From: Bradymonadales bacterium
GTDB lineage: Bacteria; Bdellovibrionota; UBA2394
DNA length: 41,811 bases
Assembly (NCBI GenBank): GCA_007693605.1
Contig: REDG01000031.1
Coordinates: forward strand, 1-41,811
Reading direction: 5' to 3'
The notes under the pieces were generated by a model. The model had not been told where the DNA came from. It saw nothing but the letters and a program-made list of their open reading frames with translations, and searched no databases. Numbering within the stretch: the first letter of the stretch is position 1; each line of letters begins with the position of its first letter. The position numbers were made by a program, and so were the translations under genes. This document shows positions 1 to 10,155 of the stretch, one piece after another.

Positions 1-63
1 GATGCCACTCGAGAAGCGCAGCGACGCAGCCGCCGAAGTAGATGGGCCCTTAGCGACAGTCCC
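1..63 (+). repeat. MITE-like repeat, right part (cut by window edge), copy A
   Basis: Nearly identical to 32040-32101; ends GATGGGCCCTTAGCGACAGTCCC. Confidence 0.9.
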
Positions 64-118
64 CAAATGTGGAAAATTCGTATCGCCCAATAATCCAGCA
101 TTTGATACTCCATAGTTT

Positions 119-1291
119 ATGAAGATTCATGAATATCAAGCTAAGGCTCTCCTTCGAAAATTTAGCGTGCCGGTTGCTCAGGGGGAACTTCTCACTGAGA
201 TTTCTCAACTGCCGGAGCTCTACAAGAAATTGGGAGCCCCCGTGGTGGCGGTTAAGGCCCAAATTCATGCGGGGGGTCGGGGTAAGGGAGGAGGCGTTAA
301 GATTGTAAAATCTTTAGAGGAGGCTAAGACCCAAGCCGAAAAGATTCTGGGAATGACTTTAGTGACTCCTCAGACCGGACCTGAGGGCCAAGTCGTCAAG
401 AAGGTCTATCTTGAAGCGGGAGCAGAGATCGCCAAAGAGATGTACCTGGCCATTCTATTGAATCGAGAGAGTTCAGAACTCATTTTTGTAGCATCCGCTG
501 AAGGCGGAATGGAGATTGAGGAACTCGCTGAGACCCATCCGGAGAAAATCTTTCAATTCCCGATTGATCCTCTGATTGGATTCCGATCCTTTCAAGCCAG
601 AGAACTCGCCTCTCAGCTAGGTCTCGAGCCTAAAACTCACGGAGCCTTCTATCGCTTTTGCCTGGGATTGATTGAGGCCTATATCAAGCTCGATGCCAGC
701 TTGATTGAAATCAATCCCCTAGTTCTGACCAAGTCTTCTGAATTCGTCGCCTTGGATGCCAAGATGACTTTTGATGACAATGCCCTTTACCGACAGAAAG
801 AAGTCGCGGCTCTTCGAGATCTTGACGAAGAAGATCCTCTAGAAATGGAGGCCGCCGAATATGGAATGAGTTATATCTCTCTCGACGGTCAGATAGGCTG
901 TATGGTCAATGGCGCCGGGCTGGCGATGGCGACCATGGATGTCATTAAGCTGGCGGGAGCCGAGCCAGCAAACTTTCTAGATGTTGGAGGCAGCGCCTCA
1001 GAAGAAGCCGTTACAGCAGCTTTCAAGATTATTCTCAAAGACCCAAAAGTGAAGGCCATACTGGTGAATATTTTTGGGGGGATCATGAAATGCGATATCA
1101 TTGCAAACGGGATTATCAATGCGGCCAAAGCCACCGGCTTGAAGCTCCCTTTGGTGGTGCGCCTTCAGGGCACCCACGCTACCGAAGGGCGGCAACTTCT
1201 GGCCAAGTCGGGCTTGGCCGTGATCACAGCAGAGAGCATTGACGAAGCCGCTCAAAAAGTTGTGGAAGCCGCAAAAAAACAAGCCGCCTAA
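119..1291 (+). CDS. sucC: Succinyl-CoA ligase (ADP-forming) beta subunit
   Basis: MKIHEYQAK start, [49 protein letters not shown]. Confidence 0.98.
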   Translation: MKIHEYQAKALLRKFSVPVAQGELLTEISQLPELYKKLGAPVVAVKAQIHAGGRGKGGGVKIVKSLEEAKTQAEKILGMTLVTPQTGPEGQVVKKVYLEAGAEIAKEMYLAILLNRESSELIFVASAEGGMEIEELAETHPEKIFQFPIDPLIGFRSFQARELASQLGLEPKTHGAFYRFCLGLIEAYIKLDASLIEINPLVLTKSSEFVALDAKMTFDDNALYRQKEVAALRDLDEEDPLEMEAAEYGMSYISLDGQIGCMVNGAGLAMATMDVIKLAGAEPANFLDVGGSASEEAVTAAFKIILKDPKVKAILVNIFGGIMKCDIIANGIINAAKATGLKLPLVVRLQGTHATEGRQLLAKSGLAVITAESIDEAAQKVVEAAKKQAA

Positions 1292-1308
1292 AACAGTTGG
1301 GAGAAATA

Positions 1309-2199
1309 ATGTCGATACTGGTGACAAAGAAAACAAAAGTAGTGATTCAGGGAATTACGGGCAAAGCGGGATGGTTTCACGCTCGTCAGTCTTTAGACTA
1401 TGGCACCCAAGTGGTGGGTGGAGTAACCCCAGGCAAAGGGGGAACTTTTATGGAAGAAGGGCCTCATCGTTTGCCGGTCTTTGATTCCGTAAAGGAAGCA
1501 GTGCAAAAGACGGGTGCCGAGGCCAGTGTGATTTTCGTTCCGCCCCCCTTCGCGCCCGATGCGATTTTAGAGGCCGCCTATGCAGGCATTCGTTTGATCG
1601 TCACGATCACTGAGGGAATACCGATTAACGATATGATCTCGGTGAAAAGAGATTTGAGCCGATTTCCGGATCTTCTCTTAGTCGGGCCCAACTGCCCGGG
1701 TGTCACCACCATTGGCGAGAGCCGTTTAGGCATTCAGCCCGGCAATATCGGAAAGGCGGGCAAGGTGGGGGTTTTGTCTCGCTCGGGAACGCTGACCTAC
1801 GAAGCCGTCAATCAGGTCAGTCTAGAGGGATTGGGCGCAACCACCTGTGTGGGAATTGGGGGAGATCCAATTCATGGGGCCAACTTCATTGATATCCTGA
1901 GCCGCTTCAAAGAGGACTCGAAGACCCAAGGAATTGTCATGATTGGCGAGATTGGGGGCTCTGAAGAAGAAGAGGCGGCGGAGTGGATCTCAAAGAACTT
2001 AAAGGATAAGCCGGTTGTAAGCTTTATTGCCGGAGCCACGGCCCCCAAGGGGAAACGGATGGGTCATGCCGGAGCCATCATTTCGGGCGGAAAAGGGACA
2101 GCTCAAGGAAAGATGGAATCTCTTCGAAAAGCCGGAGTGATTGTGGTAGATACACCAGCACAAATTGGAGCCGCCATGAAAAAGGCCTTGGCCGCATAG
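1309..2199 (+). CDS. sucD: Succinyl-CoA ligase alpha subunit
   Basis: [30 protein letters not shown], phospho-His motif RMGHAGAI; start placed at MSILV. Confidence 0.98.
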   Translation: MSILVTKKTKVVIQGITGKAGWFHARQSLDYGTQVVGGVTPGKGGTFMEEGPHRLPVFDSVKEAVQKTGAEASVIFVPPPFAPDAILEAAYAGIRLIVTITEGIPINDMISVKRDLSRFPDLLLVGPNCPGVTTIGESRLGIQPGNIGKAGKVGVLSRSGTLTYEAVNQVSLEGLGATTCVGIGGDPIHGANFIDILSRFKEDSKTQGIVMIGEIGGSEEEEAAEWISKNLKDKPVVSFIAGATAPKGKRMGHAGAIISGGKGTAQGKMESLRKAGVIVVDTPAQIGAAMKKALAA

Positions 2200-2263
2200 A
2201 GACTCAACGACTTAACACGAAATTTATTTAGAGAGAAATAAAGAGAAAAGAGGACAGATCAAG

Positions 2264-2686
2264 ATGGAAAGAACGCTCAGCATCATCAAACCCGACGCCG
2301 TTAAAAAAAATGTGATCGGAAAGATTTTAACTCGCTTCGAAGACGCCGGCCTTAAAATCCTTGCTGCAAAGAAGATTCAGTTAACAAGACCCCAAGCAGA
2401 GGCTTTCTATGAAGTCCATAAAGACCGACCTTTTTTTCCCGCTCTTGTGGAGTTCATGACGAGTGGGCCTGTTTTTGTGAGCGTGCTAGAGGGAGAGTCC
2501 GCAATCTCTAAAAATAGAGAACTGATGGGAGCAACCAACCCTAAAGAGGCTAAGGCCGGGACCATTCGAGCCGATTTTGCCGAGAGTATTGATGCAAATG
2601 CGGTTCACGGCAGCGACGCCGCTGAAACTGCCGAGAGAGAAATTCGGTTCTTTTTTAACGCCACCGAGATTGAGAACTGGAAGTAA
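2264..2686 (+). CDS. ndk: Nucleoside diphosphate kinase
   Basis: [32 protein letters not shown]. Confidence 0.99.
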   Translation: MERTLSIIKPDAVKKNVIGKILTRFEDAGLKILAAKKIQLTRPQAEAFYEVHKDRPFFPALVEFMTSGPVFVSVLEGESAISKNRELMGATNPKEAKAGTIRADFAESIDANAVHGSDAAETAEREIRFFFNATEIENWK

Positions 2687-2716
2687 GCATAGGGAGAACT
2701 TCTTTCGAGAAGTGTC

Positions 2717-3823
2717 GTGATGAATGAAGCACTGAAATTTCCCGAACCTCAAGGCTCTGTCTTAGAGCAGCCTTGGTTGTTTTTTGACGAGGAGATCGAA
2801 GCGGCTGAAGAAAGGCTTCTGGCTTTCGGCGTGAAAAACTACCATGCCAAAAGCTTTACTCACTTTGTTTATCAGCTGGGGGTCTTGGAGCCTTCTAAAA
2901 TGCTGAGTCTCAGTCGAGACTTTCGAAAGCGTTTGCAAGACTGCGTCGACACCCGCCTCTTGCCCATCAAGAAAAGACTGGTTTCGAAGGACGGGACAGT
3001 GAAGTTTCTTTTCGAGGTCCGCGGGCCCAAGTCCTTAGAAGAAATTGAAGCGGTCTATATTCCAGAAAAATCAAGAGTGACCCTCTGTGTGAGCTCTCAG
3101 GTGGGTTGCAAAATGGGTTGCCGTTTTTGCCTGACAGCCCAGCTCGGATTTCGTGCGAACTTAAGTGCGGGAGATATTGTTCGACAGGTGATGACGGTGA
3201 ATGCCGATCCGGAACTTCGTCCCGTGACCAATATTGTGTTCATGGGAATGGGAGAACCTTTTGATAATTTAGACGAAGTGCGAAAGGCCACCAAGATCCT
3301 TACGCACGAGAGAGGCTTAAAACTCTCGGCTCGTAAGATTTGCGTCTCTACGGTTGGCCTTGCCGATCGAATTGATTCTCTCACCAAAGAAGAGCCCTTT
3401 CGATTGGCCGTTTCTTTAAACTCTTCGGATGATGTGAGCAGAAATGAAGTCATGCCCATCAACCGACGATGGAATCTTGAACGACTCTTGGAGAGTTGTC
3501 TTCGCTACAGCCAAAGAACAAACAAAAAAGTCACTTTTGAATACATTCTCATGAAAGGGGTGACGGATCGTGATGAAGACCTTCGAAATCTAGTACGACT
3601 CCTCTCCCCCATCCCCTGCAAACTAAATTTGATTCCTTACAATGAGAGCCCTTTTACCCCCTTCAAGAGACCGACAGAGGAACGAATTTTGGAGTTCCAT
3701 GCCGGACTTCTGAAGGCTCAGTTTCCTGTCTTCATTCGAAAGAATCGGGGCAATGATATCTTTGCCGCCTGCGGGATGCTCAAAAGGGTCGATCCTCAAA
3801 GCTCTGTAATTCCAGAGGCTTAG
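2717..3823 (+). CDS. rlmN: Dual-specificity 23S rRNA m2A2503 / tRNA m2A37 radical SAM methyltransferase
   Basis: CVSSQVGCKMGCRFC (CxxxCxxC), NIVFMGMGEP, NLIPYN, DIFAACG. Confidence 0.96.
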   Translation: MMNEALKFPEPQGSVLEQPWLFFDEEIEAAEERLLAFGVKNYHAKSFTHFVYQLGVLEPSKMLSLSRDFRKRLQDCVDTRLLPIKKRLVSKDGTVKFLFEVRGPKSLEEIEAVYIPEKSRVTLCVSSQVGCKMGCRFCLTAQLGFRANLSAGDIVRQVMTVNADPELRPVTNIVFMGMGEPFDNLDEVRKATKILTHERGLKLSARKICVSTVGLADRIDSLTKEEPFRLAVSLNSSDDVSRNEVMPINRRWNLERLLESCLRYSQRTNKKVTFEYILMKGVTDRDEDLRNLVRLLSPIPCKLNLIPYNESPFTPFKRPTEERILEFHAGLLKAQFPVFIRKNRGNDIFAACGMLKRVDPQSSVIPEA

Positions 3824-3869
3824 GCTCATCTCCCCGAAAGGCTTCGTCTCTTGTTAAACTGTAAGAGAG

Positions 3870-4175
3870 ATGAGTCTTGAAGCGCTTTATATTTCAGCCG
3901 TGGTCTTTTCGTTGCTGGCGACCAACTGCCTGATCTTACTGACCCGACAGCTTCATCAGCTAAAGAAGGCTCCCGAAGAGGCCGATTATCTGGCTCTTGA
4001 GCGAGAGATGAAGCAAATGGAGTTTAAGTTGGAGAGCCAGGGCCAAGAAGTTTTGGATCTTCAGCTTCGGTTGGAAGAGTTAAAAGAGCAACTCGCCAAA
4101 GAGGTTGCCGAGAAAAACAGCCTATCCAACCCCGAGTCCCCCACCGAACAAGCTCCCCAAAGAGCGGCCTCTTAG
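3870..4175 (+). CDS. Hypothetical protein with N-terminal membrane anchor and coiled coil
   Basis: Hydrophobic residues ~5-24 followed by an E/K/Q/L heptad-rich region. Confidence 0.7.
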   Translation: MSLEALYISAVVFSLLATNCLILLTRQLHQLKKAPEEADYLALEREMKQMEFKLESQGQEVLDLQLRLEELKEQLAKEVAEKNSLSNPESPTEQAPQRAAS

Positions 4176-4484
4176 CTGCTTTCCTTACTTAATCATTGTC
4201 ATTCCCCGCATCTTCGAGAGCTCGATTGGCTGCCCCCCCAGACCATAAATGCCTTTAAAGGGTGGAATGCGATGCCCCACAGTGCGGCAGTCATTTCGTC
4301 ATGCACAGATCGGCGCCAGCAGCCGAGTCGTCAGCCGCCATTCGAGAAAATCGGGCAGAATGGGCCTCAATTCATGCTCCAAGCGGGGCTGGCGACGGGT
4401 GCCATCAAGATCGGTTTCAAGGCCATTGACCCCAATTTCGTGACGAGCTAGCCTGGGGTTTAAGAAATGGGTAAAGAACGAATG

Positions 4485-4513
4485 TTGCAGTCTATAGGAC
4501 GAATTCTTAGAAT
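4485..4513 (+). promoter_or_regulatory. Sigma70-type promoter upstream of RNase G/E
   Basis: TTGCAG(4485-4490)-N17-TAGAAT(4508-4513). Confidence 0.55.
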
Positions 4514-4740
4514 TTCGCTTTTAAGCGAATGGATTGCCAGCATCGTCAAATTGTTCAAAGTCCCCGAAGCCTCGCTAGGTCTCACGGGGACGATGTCTCA
4601 AGATCTCTTCAAGCTAAACCCCTCTCAAACAGAAAGCCGCCTGGGCGAAATCCTTTTTCGACATCCTCTGCTCTCTGCTTTGGTAGACCGCCTAAAGCAT
4701 GCCTTGAAGCTCTTGAAACCTCAGAAGGAAGGTCAATACA

Positions 4741-6705
4741 GTGGCAAAAAAGATTTTAATCAATTCAACCCCTCAGGAAACCCGAATTGCGCTCGTCGAA
4801 GACGGGCGAATTTCAGAAATTTTTCTAGAGCGCAATGCTGACAAAGGAATTGTAGGCAATATCTATAAGGGAAAAGTCGTCCGAGTCCTTCCGGGAATGC
4901 AGGCGGCCTTTGTCGATATTGGGCATGAACGAGCAGCCTTTCTCTACGCTGGGGACTTTGTTCCGACACAAGCCAAGGGCGAAGATGCCGACTTCGGAGA
5001 AGAAGAGCCCGGCCGCAGACGCCGCAGAAGCTCCGAGGAGATTCCCCCCATTGCCGAGCTGGTAAAGCCAGGGCAGGAAATTCTCTGTCAAGTCGCAAAG
5101 GGCCCCCTAGGCACCAAGGGGGCAAGACTCACCTGCCATATCTCTTTGCCCGGAAGATTTTTGGTCTTTATGCCCGGCTTAAAACACAACGGGGTTTCTC
5201 GAAAGATTGAAAGTTACGACGCCCGTAAGAAGCTTAAAAAGCTCATGGATCAACATCGCTCGAAAGAGGGGGGCTTTATTGTCAGAACCGCTGCGGCCGG
5301 AGATGGAATTGAAGCCAAGCTTTTGAAGGCGGATGTTGAGTATTTGTTGAGCCTTTGGCAAAAGGTGCATCGAAAGTACAAGAACTCAGGCGCGCCCAAG
5401 CTACTTCACTACGACCTCGATCTTACCACTCGCATGATCCGAGATCATTTAGATGAAGAAATCGACTTCATGATTGTGGATTCTGCAATTGAACATAAGA
5501 AGGTGCTCCGCTTTCTTAAAAGTTTTCAGCCTGAATTGAAAAACAAAGTAGAATTCTATCAAGACCCCATTCCACTTTTTGATCGCTTTCATGTGGAGGC
5601 TGAGATTCAGCGCGCTCTGAACAAACGAGTCTGGCTGAAGAGTGGCGGCTACTTGATCATTGAATCTACTGAAGCTCTCTCTACCATTGATGTGAACACC
5701 GGAAGATTTGTTGGAAAGAAAAACTTAGAGGAAACCATCCTCAGGACGAATCTAGAGGCCGCAGAAGAGATTGTTCGACAGCTCAGACTCCGCAATATGG
5801 GAGGCATTATCATTATCGATTTTATCGATATGGAGAAGGAATCTTCGAAGGAACAAGTCTACCGACACCTTGAGCAACTGGTTCGGGACGACAAACAAAA
5901 GACCACCATTCTTAAGATTTCCAATTTGGGCCTCATCGAGATGACTCGAAAGAGAAGTCGAGAACCCCTCCATCGGTTTTTGACCAAGACCTGCCCAACT
6001 TGCGACGGTCGAGCTTTCGTCAAAAATCCGGTCAGTTTGGCCCACCAAGCTCTTAGGGATTTGCGTCGAGAACTTCCCGGCATCTCTGCCGACTATGTCC
6101 ATCTTGGCGTGCATCCAGAAGTCTTTCAGATTTTGAACGGCCCAGAAAACCAAGCCCTCATGGCGCTAGAAAAGAATTTTCAAAAGGGAATCAAGCTTCA
6201 CTCAGAGGCGAGTTTTCATTACGAGCAGATTTCCATTAATCCTTCGACCGAGTCGAAGCCAAAATTGGGGCCGCCACCCTGCCTTCAGCTAGAGGCCCTC
6301 GATAAGATTGTTACCGCAGAGGCGATTGATGACGAAGACGAGAGCTATGGCGAAGAGGACTATCAGAAAGATGTGGCAGAGATTCAAGCCGTTCGAAGGG
6401 CCCAACTTGAAGAAGCAGAGAAGAAACTTTCTCGAAAGTCTGGGATCGAACAGGCTTCTTCGGCTGAGTCTTCGGAGAATGGCAACGAAGGCTTCAGCCC
6501 CCACGAGGATTTGGTGAAAATTGAGCCCCCTGATCAAGAGAGTGACACAGAGGACGACGACGGCGTCGAGAGTCCGGTGATTCGTGAAAGAGCAGAGTTT
6601 GGTGGACCAGAAGACGAGCTTGATTCAGACGAGCTGGACTCTGATGAGATCGAAGAAGAAGGGGTGGCCGCCCCCGAAGACCAGGAGTTTAAGGGCCGAG
6701 CTTAG
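4741..6705 (+). CDS. rng: Ribonuclease G/E family endoribonuclease with acidic C-terminal extension
   Basis: GNIYKGKVVRVLPGMQAAFVDIG (S1), IDVNTG, GGIIIIDFIDM, EMTRKR, Zn-link CPTCDG; RBS AAGGAAGG. Confidence 0.93.
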   Translation: MAKKILINSTPQETRIALVEDGRISEIFLERNADKGIVGNIYKGKVVRVLPGMQAAFVDIGHERAAFLYAGDFVPTQAKGEDADFGEEEPGRRRRRSSEEIPPIAELVKPGQEILCQVAKGPLGTKGARLTCHISLPGRFLVFMPGLKHNGVSRKIESYDARKKLKKLMDQHRSKEGGFIVRTAAAGDGIEAKLLKADVEYLLSLWQKVHRKYKNSGAPKLLHYDLDLTTRMIRDHLDEEIDFMIVDSAIEHKKVLRFLKSFQPELKNKVEFYQDPIPLFDRFHVEAEIQRALNKRVWLKSGGYLIIESTEALSTIDVNTGRFVGKKNLEETILRTNLEAAEEIVRQLRLRNMGGIIIIDFIDMEKESSKEQVYRHLEQLVRDDKQKTTILKISNLGLIEMTRKRSREPLHRFLTKTCPTCDGRAFVKNPVSLAHQALRDLRRELPGISADYVHLGVHPEVFQILNGPENQALMALEKNFQKGIKLHSEASFHYEQISINPSTESKPKLGPPPCLQLEALDKIVTAEAIDDEDESYGEEDYQKDVAEIQAVRRAQLEEAEKKLSRKSGIEQASSAESSENGNEGFSPHEDLVKIEPPDQESDTEDDDGVESPVIRERAEFGGPEDELDSDELDSDEIEEEGVAAPEDQEFKGRA

Positions 6706-6715
6706 GCAGGGGCCC

Positions 6716-7426
6716 TCAAATGGGTGGGGGAAGATCTCCACAAGCTCTTAAGGGAGCAATCGTGGGTTGCCCCTCGTCCCCACCAATTTCTATAAAGGCG
6801 TCCGTGGGACTCAGCCCAGCCGGGTTCGGCTTCAACCGAAAACCCGGCAGGTCGCCAATGCCCTCTTGAGAGGGGCATCGATTGCAACTCCGACCCGCAA
6901 AAATAGGAACAGGAATGGCAGAGAGCTGCTCAATCAGGCTTTGGGTCGCTCTCTCTTCCTGATCGAAGGCAAAACAACCATAGGCCACTACATAGTACCG
7001 ATTGGGAACAAGCTGATTATTGATTTCCTCTGTAAAGGGCAGCAAAAACTCAACAATCACCTGAAGGGCTCTTCGCCTCAAGGGAACAACTGGGGCGGTA
7101 GCCGAAGCGCTGGCAAAAAAGTTCTCGGGAAAAAAAGGCCTGCCTTCTAAAAGGGCTCGATGCCAGAAAACTCGCAGCTCGTTCTGTTGGTTGACCAAGG
7201 CCGTGGGCAGGGCTCTAAAGGGATCAACAATGGCCGCTTGCGCCTGCAAAAGATCGTAGCTGACAACTGTTCGGTAAGTGACCAAATCAGAAAACTGATT
7301 GAGAATGTCTTGAGCGTTATTACTCGTGTTCATCTCAATCTGAAACTCAAACTCTGGCTCGTCGGGCCCCCCACAGGCCGAGAGCCCGAAACTGATACAA
7401 AACAAAGCCACTAATTTCCTCAACAT
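6716..7426 (-). CDS. Hypothetical lipoprotein
   Basis: Start re-placed at MLRKLVALFCISFGLSAC (lipobox LSAC); several internal Cys. Confidence 0.75.
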   Translation of the reverse strand: MLRKLVALFCISFGLSACGGPDEPEFEFQIEMNTSNNAQDILNQFSDLVTYRTVVSYDLLQAQAAIVDPFRALPTALVNQQNELRVFWHRALLEGRPFFPENFFASASATAPVVPLRRRALQVIVEFLLPFTEEINNQLVPNRYYVVAYGCFAFDQEERATQSLIEQLSAIPVPIFAGRSCNRCPSQEGIGDLPGFRLKPNPAGLSPTDAFIEIGGDEGQPTIAPLRACGDLPPPI

Positions 7427-7439
7427 CTCTTCTCCCGCT

Positions 7440-8057
7440 TCAATCTGGAAACAACCTAAAACAATTCTCTTGGGCCGGGGTCGGAAGATCAAGCTCTACT
7501 GATCGACTGACCACAAAATCGCCCTGCCTCTTGATTCGAAAGCCATTCGAAAGAGGCTCAGCACCGTAGACCTGCAGGCAATCTGGAAAGCTGGCCTCTT
7601 GGCCATAAAAAACCAAAATGAAAACAAAGCGAGAGTCGGACTCCAAACGGAGATTCGCTCTCTCTTGATCGGTCGAAAAGCTCTGACCATCAAAGACCGT
7701 CGAACCGAAATAACTCGCTAGGCCGTTGCAAGAGTTTGCCGGAGGTGCAAAGCCCTCCCCCAAAACTTGAGGATCTTGAACCAACTCATCTTCAATCACG
7801 CAGCCCCGTAGAAAGGCCTGATAGTCGATGGAATCGAAACTTCCCCCGGGCAGTTCCGGGGGCGGAAGTGTGATATTGCTGTGATAAGTCCCCACGGCCT
7901 CGGTCTCTTGGCCCGCAGAAGGATCGTCCAAGCGAATCAAAAGAACCAGCGAAGGGCTGTCTAAGCCCAAATTCAGCTTCAGGCTCCAGTCTGGGCCAGA
8001 CCCACAGGCCGTCAAGCTGAGAATCAGAAATGACCACAAAAGGCAGCGCCCAAGCAT
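7440..8057 (-). CDS. Hypothetical lipoprotein
   Basis: Start re-placed at MLGRCLLWSFLILSLTAC (lipobox LTAC); 4 further Cys. Confidence 0.75.
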   Translation of the reverse strand: MLGRCLLWSFLILSLTACGSGPDWSLKLNLGLDSPSLVLLIRLDDPSAGQETEAVGTYHSNITLPPPELPGGSFDSIDYQAFLRGCVIEDELVQDPQVLGEGFAPPANSCNGLASYFGSTVFDGQSFSTDQERANLRLESDSRFVFILVFYGQEASFPDCLQVYGAEPLSNGFRIKRQGDFVVSRSVELDLPTPAQENCFRLFPD

Positions 8058-8224
8058 TGGCCCCAGTCTATCCAAGAGCCCTCTGGCAAGGCCACGAATT
8101 TTTGCCCCCAGAGCCCCCGGCCCGCGCCCCAATTTTAGGCGGATCTCTTACTTGATCCCTCTGGCCTAGAAGCTGTATGAAAAGCCTTTGGGGGCAGTAG
8201 CCACTTCTATAGGAGAACAAAGAG

Positions 8225-8566
8225 ATGTTTGCAGTATTTGAGGCCATGGGCCGGCAGTATAAAGTTTCCGTTGGAGATGTGATTCACATAGACCGAATTT
8301 CGGATGAATCGAAGGCCGAACTGCAACCCGGAAGTGAATTGGAGTTTAATCAGGTCTTGATGATCGGAGAACCAGACTCGACAGAAAACTCAAAGCTTGG
8401 AAAGCCCTTTCTGGAAGGCGCTCTCGTTTTGGCCGAGCTCGTCGATAACGACAAAGATGCCAAGGTCATTGCCTTCAAGAAGAAGCGCAGAAAAGGCTAT
8501 CGGAAAAAGATTGGACATCGCCGGCAGTTTAGCTCGGTCGTGATCAAAGAGATTAAAGCCGCTTAA
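8225..8566 (+). CDS. rplU: 50S ribosomal protein bL21
   Basis: MFAVFEAMGRQYKV, FKKKRRKGYRKKIGHRR. Confidence 0.97.
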   Translation: MFAVFEAMGRQYKVSVGDVIHIDRISDESKAELQPGSELEFNQVLMIGEPDSTENSKLGKPFLEGALVLAELVDNDKDAKVIAFKKKRRKGYRKKIGHRRQFSSVVIKEIKAA

Positions 8567-8595
8567 TAGACTAAGGGCTTAGGAAGGAATCAGAA

Positions 8596-8859
8596 ATGGC
8601 TCATAAGAAAGCGGGAGGAAGTTCGAAGAATGGACGAGACTCCAATCCTCAGTACCGAGGAGTGAAAAAGTTCGGAGGTCAGCCCGTTCGAGCCGGAAAT
8701 ATTTTGGTTCGACAGGTTGGAAGCAAAATCCATCCGGGCCAAAATGTTGGAATGGGTCGAGACTTCACTCTCTTTGCTCTGACAGACGGTGTTGTTCATT
8801 ACCAACGAAAGGGTCGTGACCGAATGCTGGCCTTGGTACAGCAAGCCGCTTCTGCTTGA
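8596..8859 (+). CDS. rpmA: 50S ribosomal protein bL27
   Basis: [27 protein letters not shown]. Confidence 0.99.
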   Translation: MAHKKAGGSSKNGRDSNPQYRGVKKFGGQPVRAGNILVRQVGSKIHPGQNVGMGRDFTLFALTDGVVHYQRKGRDRMLALVQQAASA

Positions 8860-8948
8860 GAGACTCAATTTGGATTTGAAGAGAGCGCCGGGGGGCTTTC
8901 GCTTCCGCTTAGTTTCTTGGCTCCACTCCTGAATTCCGAGGAATTGAA

Positions 8949-9980
8949 ATGTCATTTATAGATGAATGTCGAATTCGAGTGAAAGCCGGTAACGGCGGCA
9001 ATGGGGCCGTGAGCTTCCATCGTGGGCCTCATTTGCCGAAGGGCGGGCCCGATGGTGGCAATGGGGGTCGAGGCGCGTCCATTTATTTCGAAGGCAACCC
9101 CAATCTACAGAGCCTCTTAGACTTCAAATACCAACGAGAGTTTATTGCGAAACGAGGCCAAGACGGTCGGGGCAAAGATTGTGACGGTCGATCTGCCGAA
9201 GACTTAGTGATTCCTGTCCCGCTGGGCACAAGATTGCATGACGAAAAGTCGAAAGAGACTTGGGACATCACCGAGGCCGGACAAAAGTTGTTGATGGCAA
9301 GTGGAGGAAAGGGTGGCCGAGGAAATCGAAGTTTTCGGTCTTCGACTCAGCAAGCCCCAAGAATTGCCACCCCCGGACAGATTGGCCAAGAGCGAGAGCT
9401 GAGACTTGAGCTTTTATCTTTGTGCGATATTGGATTCGTAGGCCTTCCAAACGCCGGCAAGAGCAGTCTGCTGAAAGCGCTGACAGCCGCCCGACCAAAG
9501 GTCGCAGACTATCCCTTCACGACACTTCAGCCTCAGCTGGGAGTGATGGAGCTAGAGGGTCATTCTGTTCAGATGGCCGATATTCCGGGATTGGTGAAAG
9601 AAGCCCATCAGAATCAAGGGCTCGGGCATCGATTTCTGCGACATATTGCTCGAGCCCGAAACCTTTTGGTGGTTTTGGGCCTCGATTCGGAGCGCAGCTT
9701 AGAGAGCAGCTTAGACATTCTACTTTCTGAGCTGAGGCTCTACGATCCGAAGCTTTTGGAGAAAGAGCGGCTCCTTGTAGTCAACAAATCTGACCTTCTC
9801 ACCCACTCCGAAGATCTTCGCAAAGACTGGGAAAACTTTCAGAAGCTTCACCCAGAAAGTCTGCTGATTTCTGCACTGCATCAGGAGGGGCTCTCAGAGC
9901 TCAAGAGACGGCTCTCTGAAAAGGGGAGTGTCGCTAAAGACCCATCTCCCCCTGCTTTCAGGTCGAGCTTCGGTCGATGA
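8949..9980 (+). CDS. obgE: GTPase ObgE/CgtA; last ~18 aa encoded by an inserted repeat
   Basis: Gly-rich Obg fold GGPDGGNGGRG, GLPNAGKS, YPFTTL, DIPG, NKSD. Confidence 0.97.
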   Translation: MSFIDECRIRVKAGNGGNGAVSFHRGPHLPKGGPDGGNGGRGASIYFEGNPNLQSLLDFKYQREFIAKRGQDGRGKDCDGRSAEDLVIPVPLGTRLHDEKSKETWDITEAGQKLLMASGGKGGRGNRSFRSSTQQAPRIATPGQIGQERELRLELLSLCDIGFVGLPNAGKSSLLKALTAARPKVADYPFTTLQPQLGVMELEGHSVQMADIPGLVKEAHQNQGLGHRFLRHIARARNLLVVLGLDSERSLESSLDILLSELRLYDPKLLEKERLLVVNKSDLLTHSEDLRKDWENFQKLHPESLLISALHQEGLSELKRRLSEKGSVAKDPSPPAFRSSFGR

Positions 9981-10104
9981 TGTTGGCGGATGTCTGCAAC
10001 GCTCCTAGCCCGCGTTCCAGTGGCGGCTGCGTCGCTGCGCTTCTCGAGTGGCATTTGAACCACACTGCGATGCTCGCTCCTATCGAGAGTTTGGCGACAG
10101 TCCC
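9924..10104 (-). mobile_element. MITE-like element, copy B (inverted, ~70-bp internal insertion), flanked by 7-bp direct repeat TGAAAAG
   Basis: Ends GGGAGTGTCGCTAAA ... TTTGGCGACAGTCCC; core ~10022-10081 matches the reverse complement of copy C; TGAAAAG at 9917-9923 and 10105-10111. Confidence 0.8.
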
Positions 10105-10155
10105 TGAAAAGCTTTGTTGGCCGACGCATCAACACTTGTGTTACAATGTTTCCAA

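Noticed and set aside
4467..4841. 124-aa ORF upstream of rng
   Set aside because: Overlaps rng by ~100 bp, spans a good promoter and has no recognisable features; more likely leader sequence
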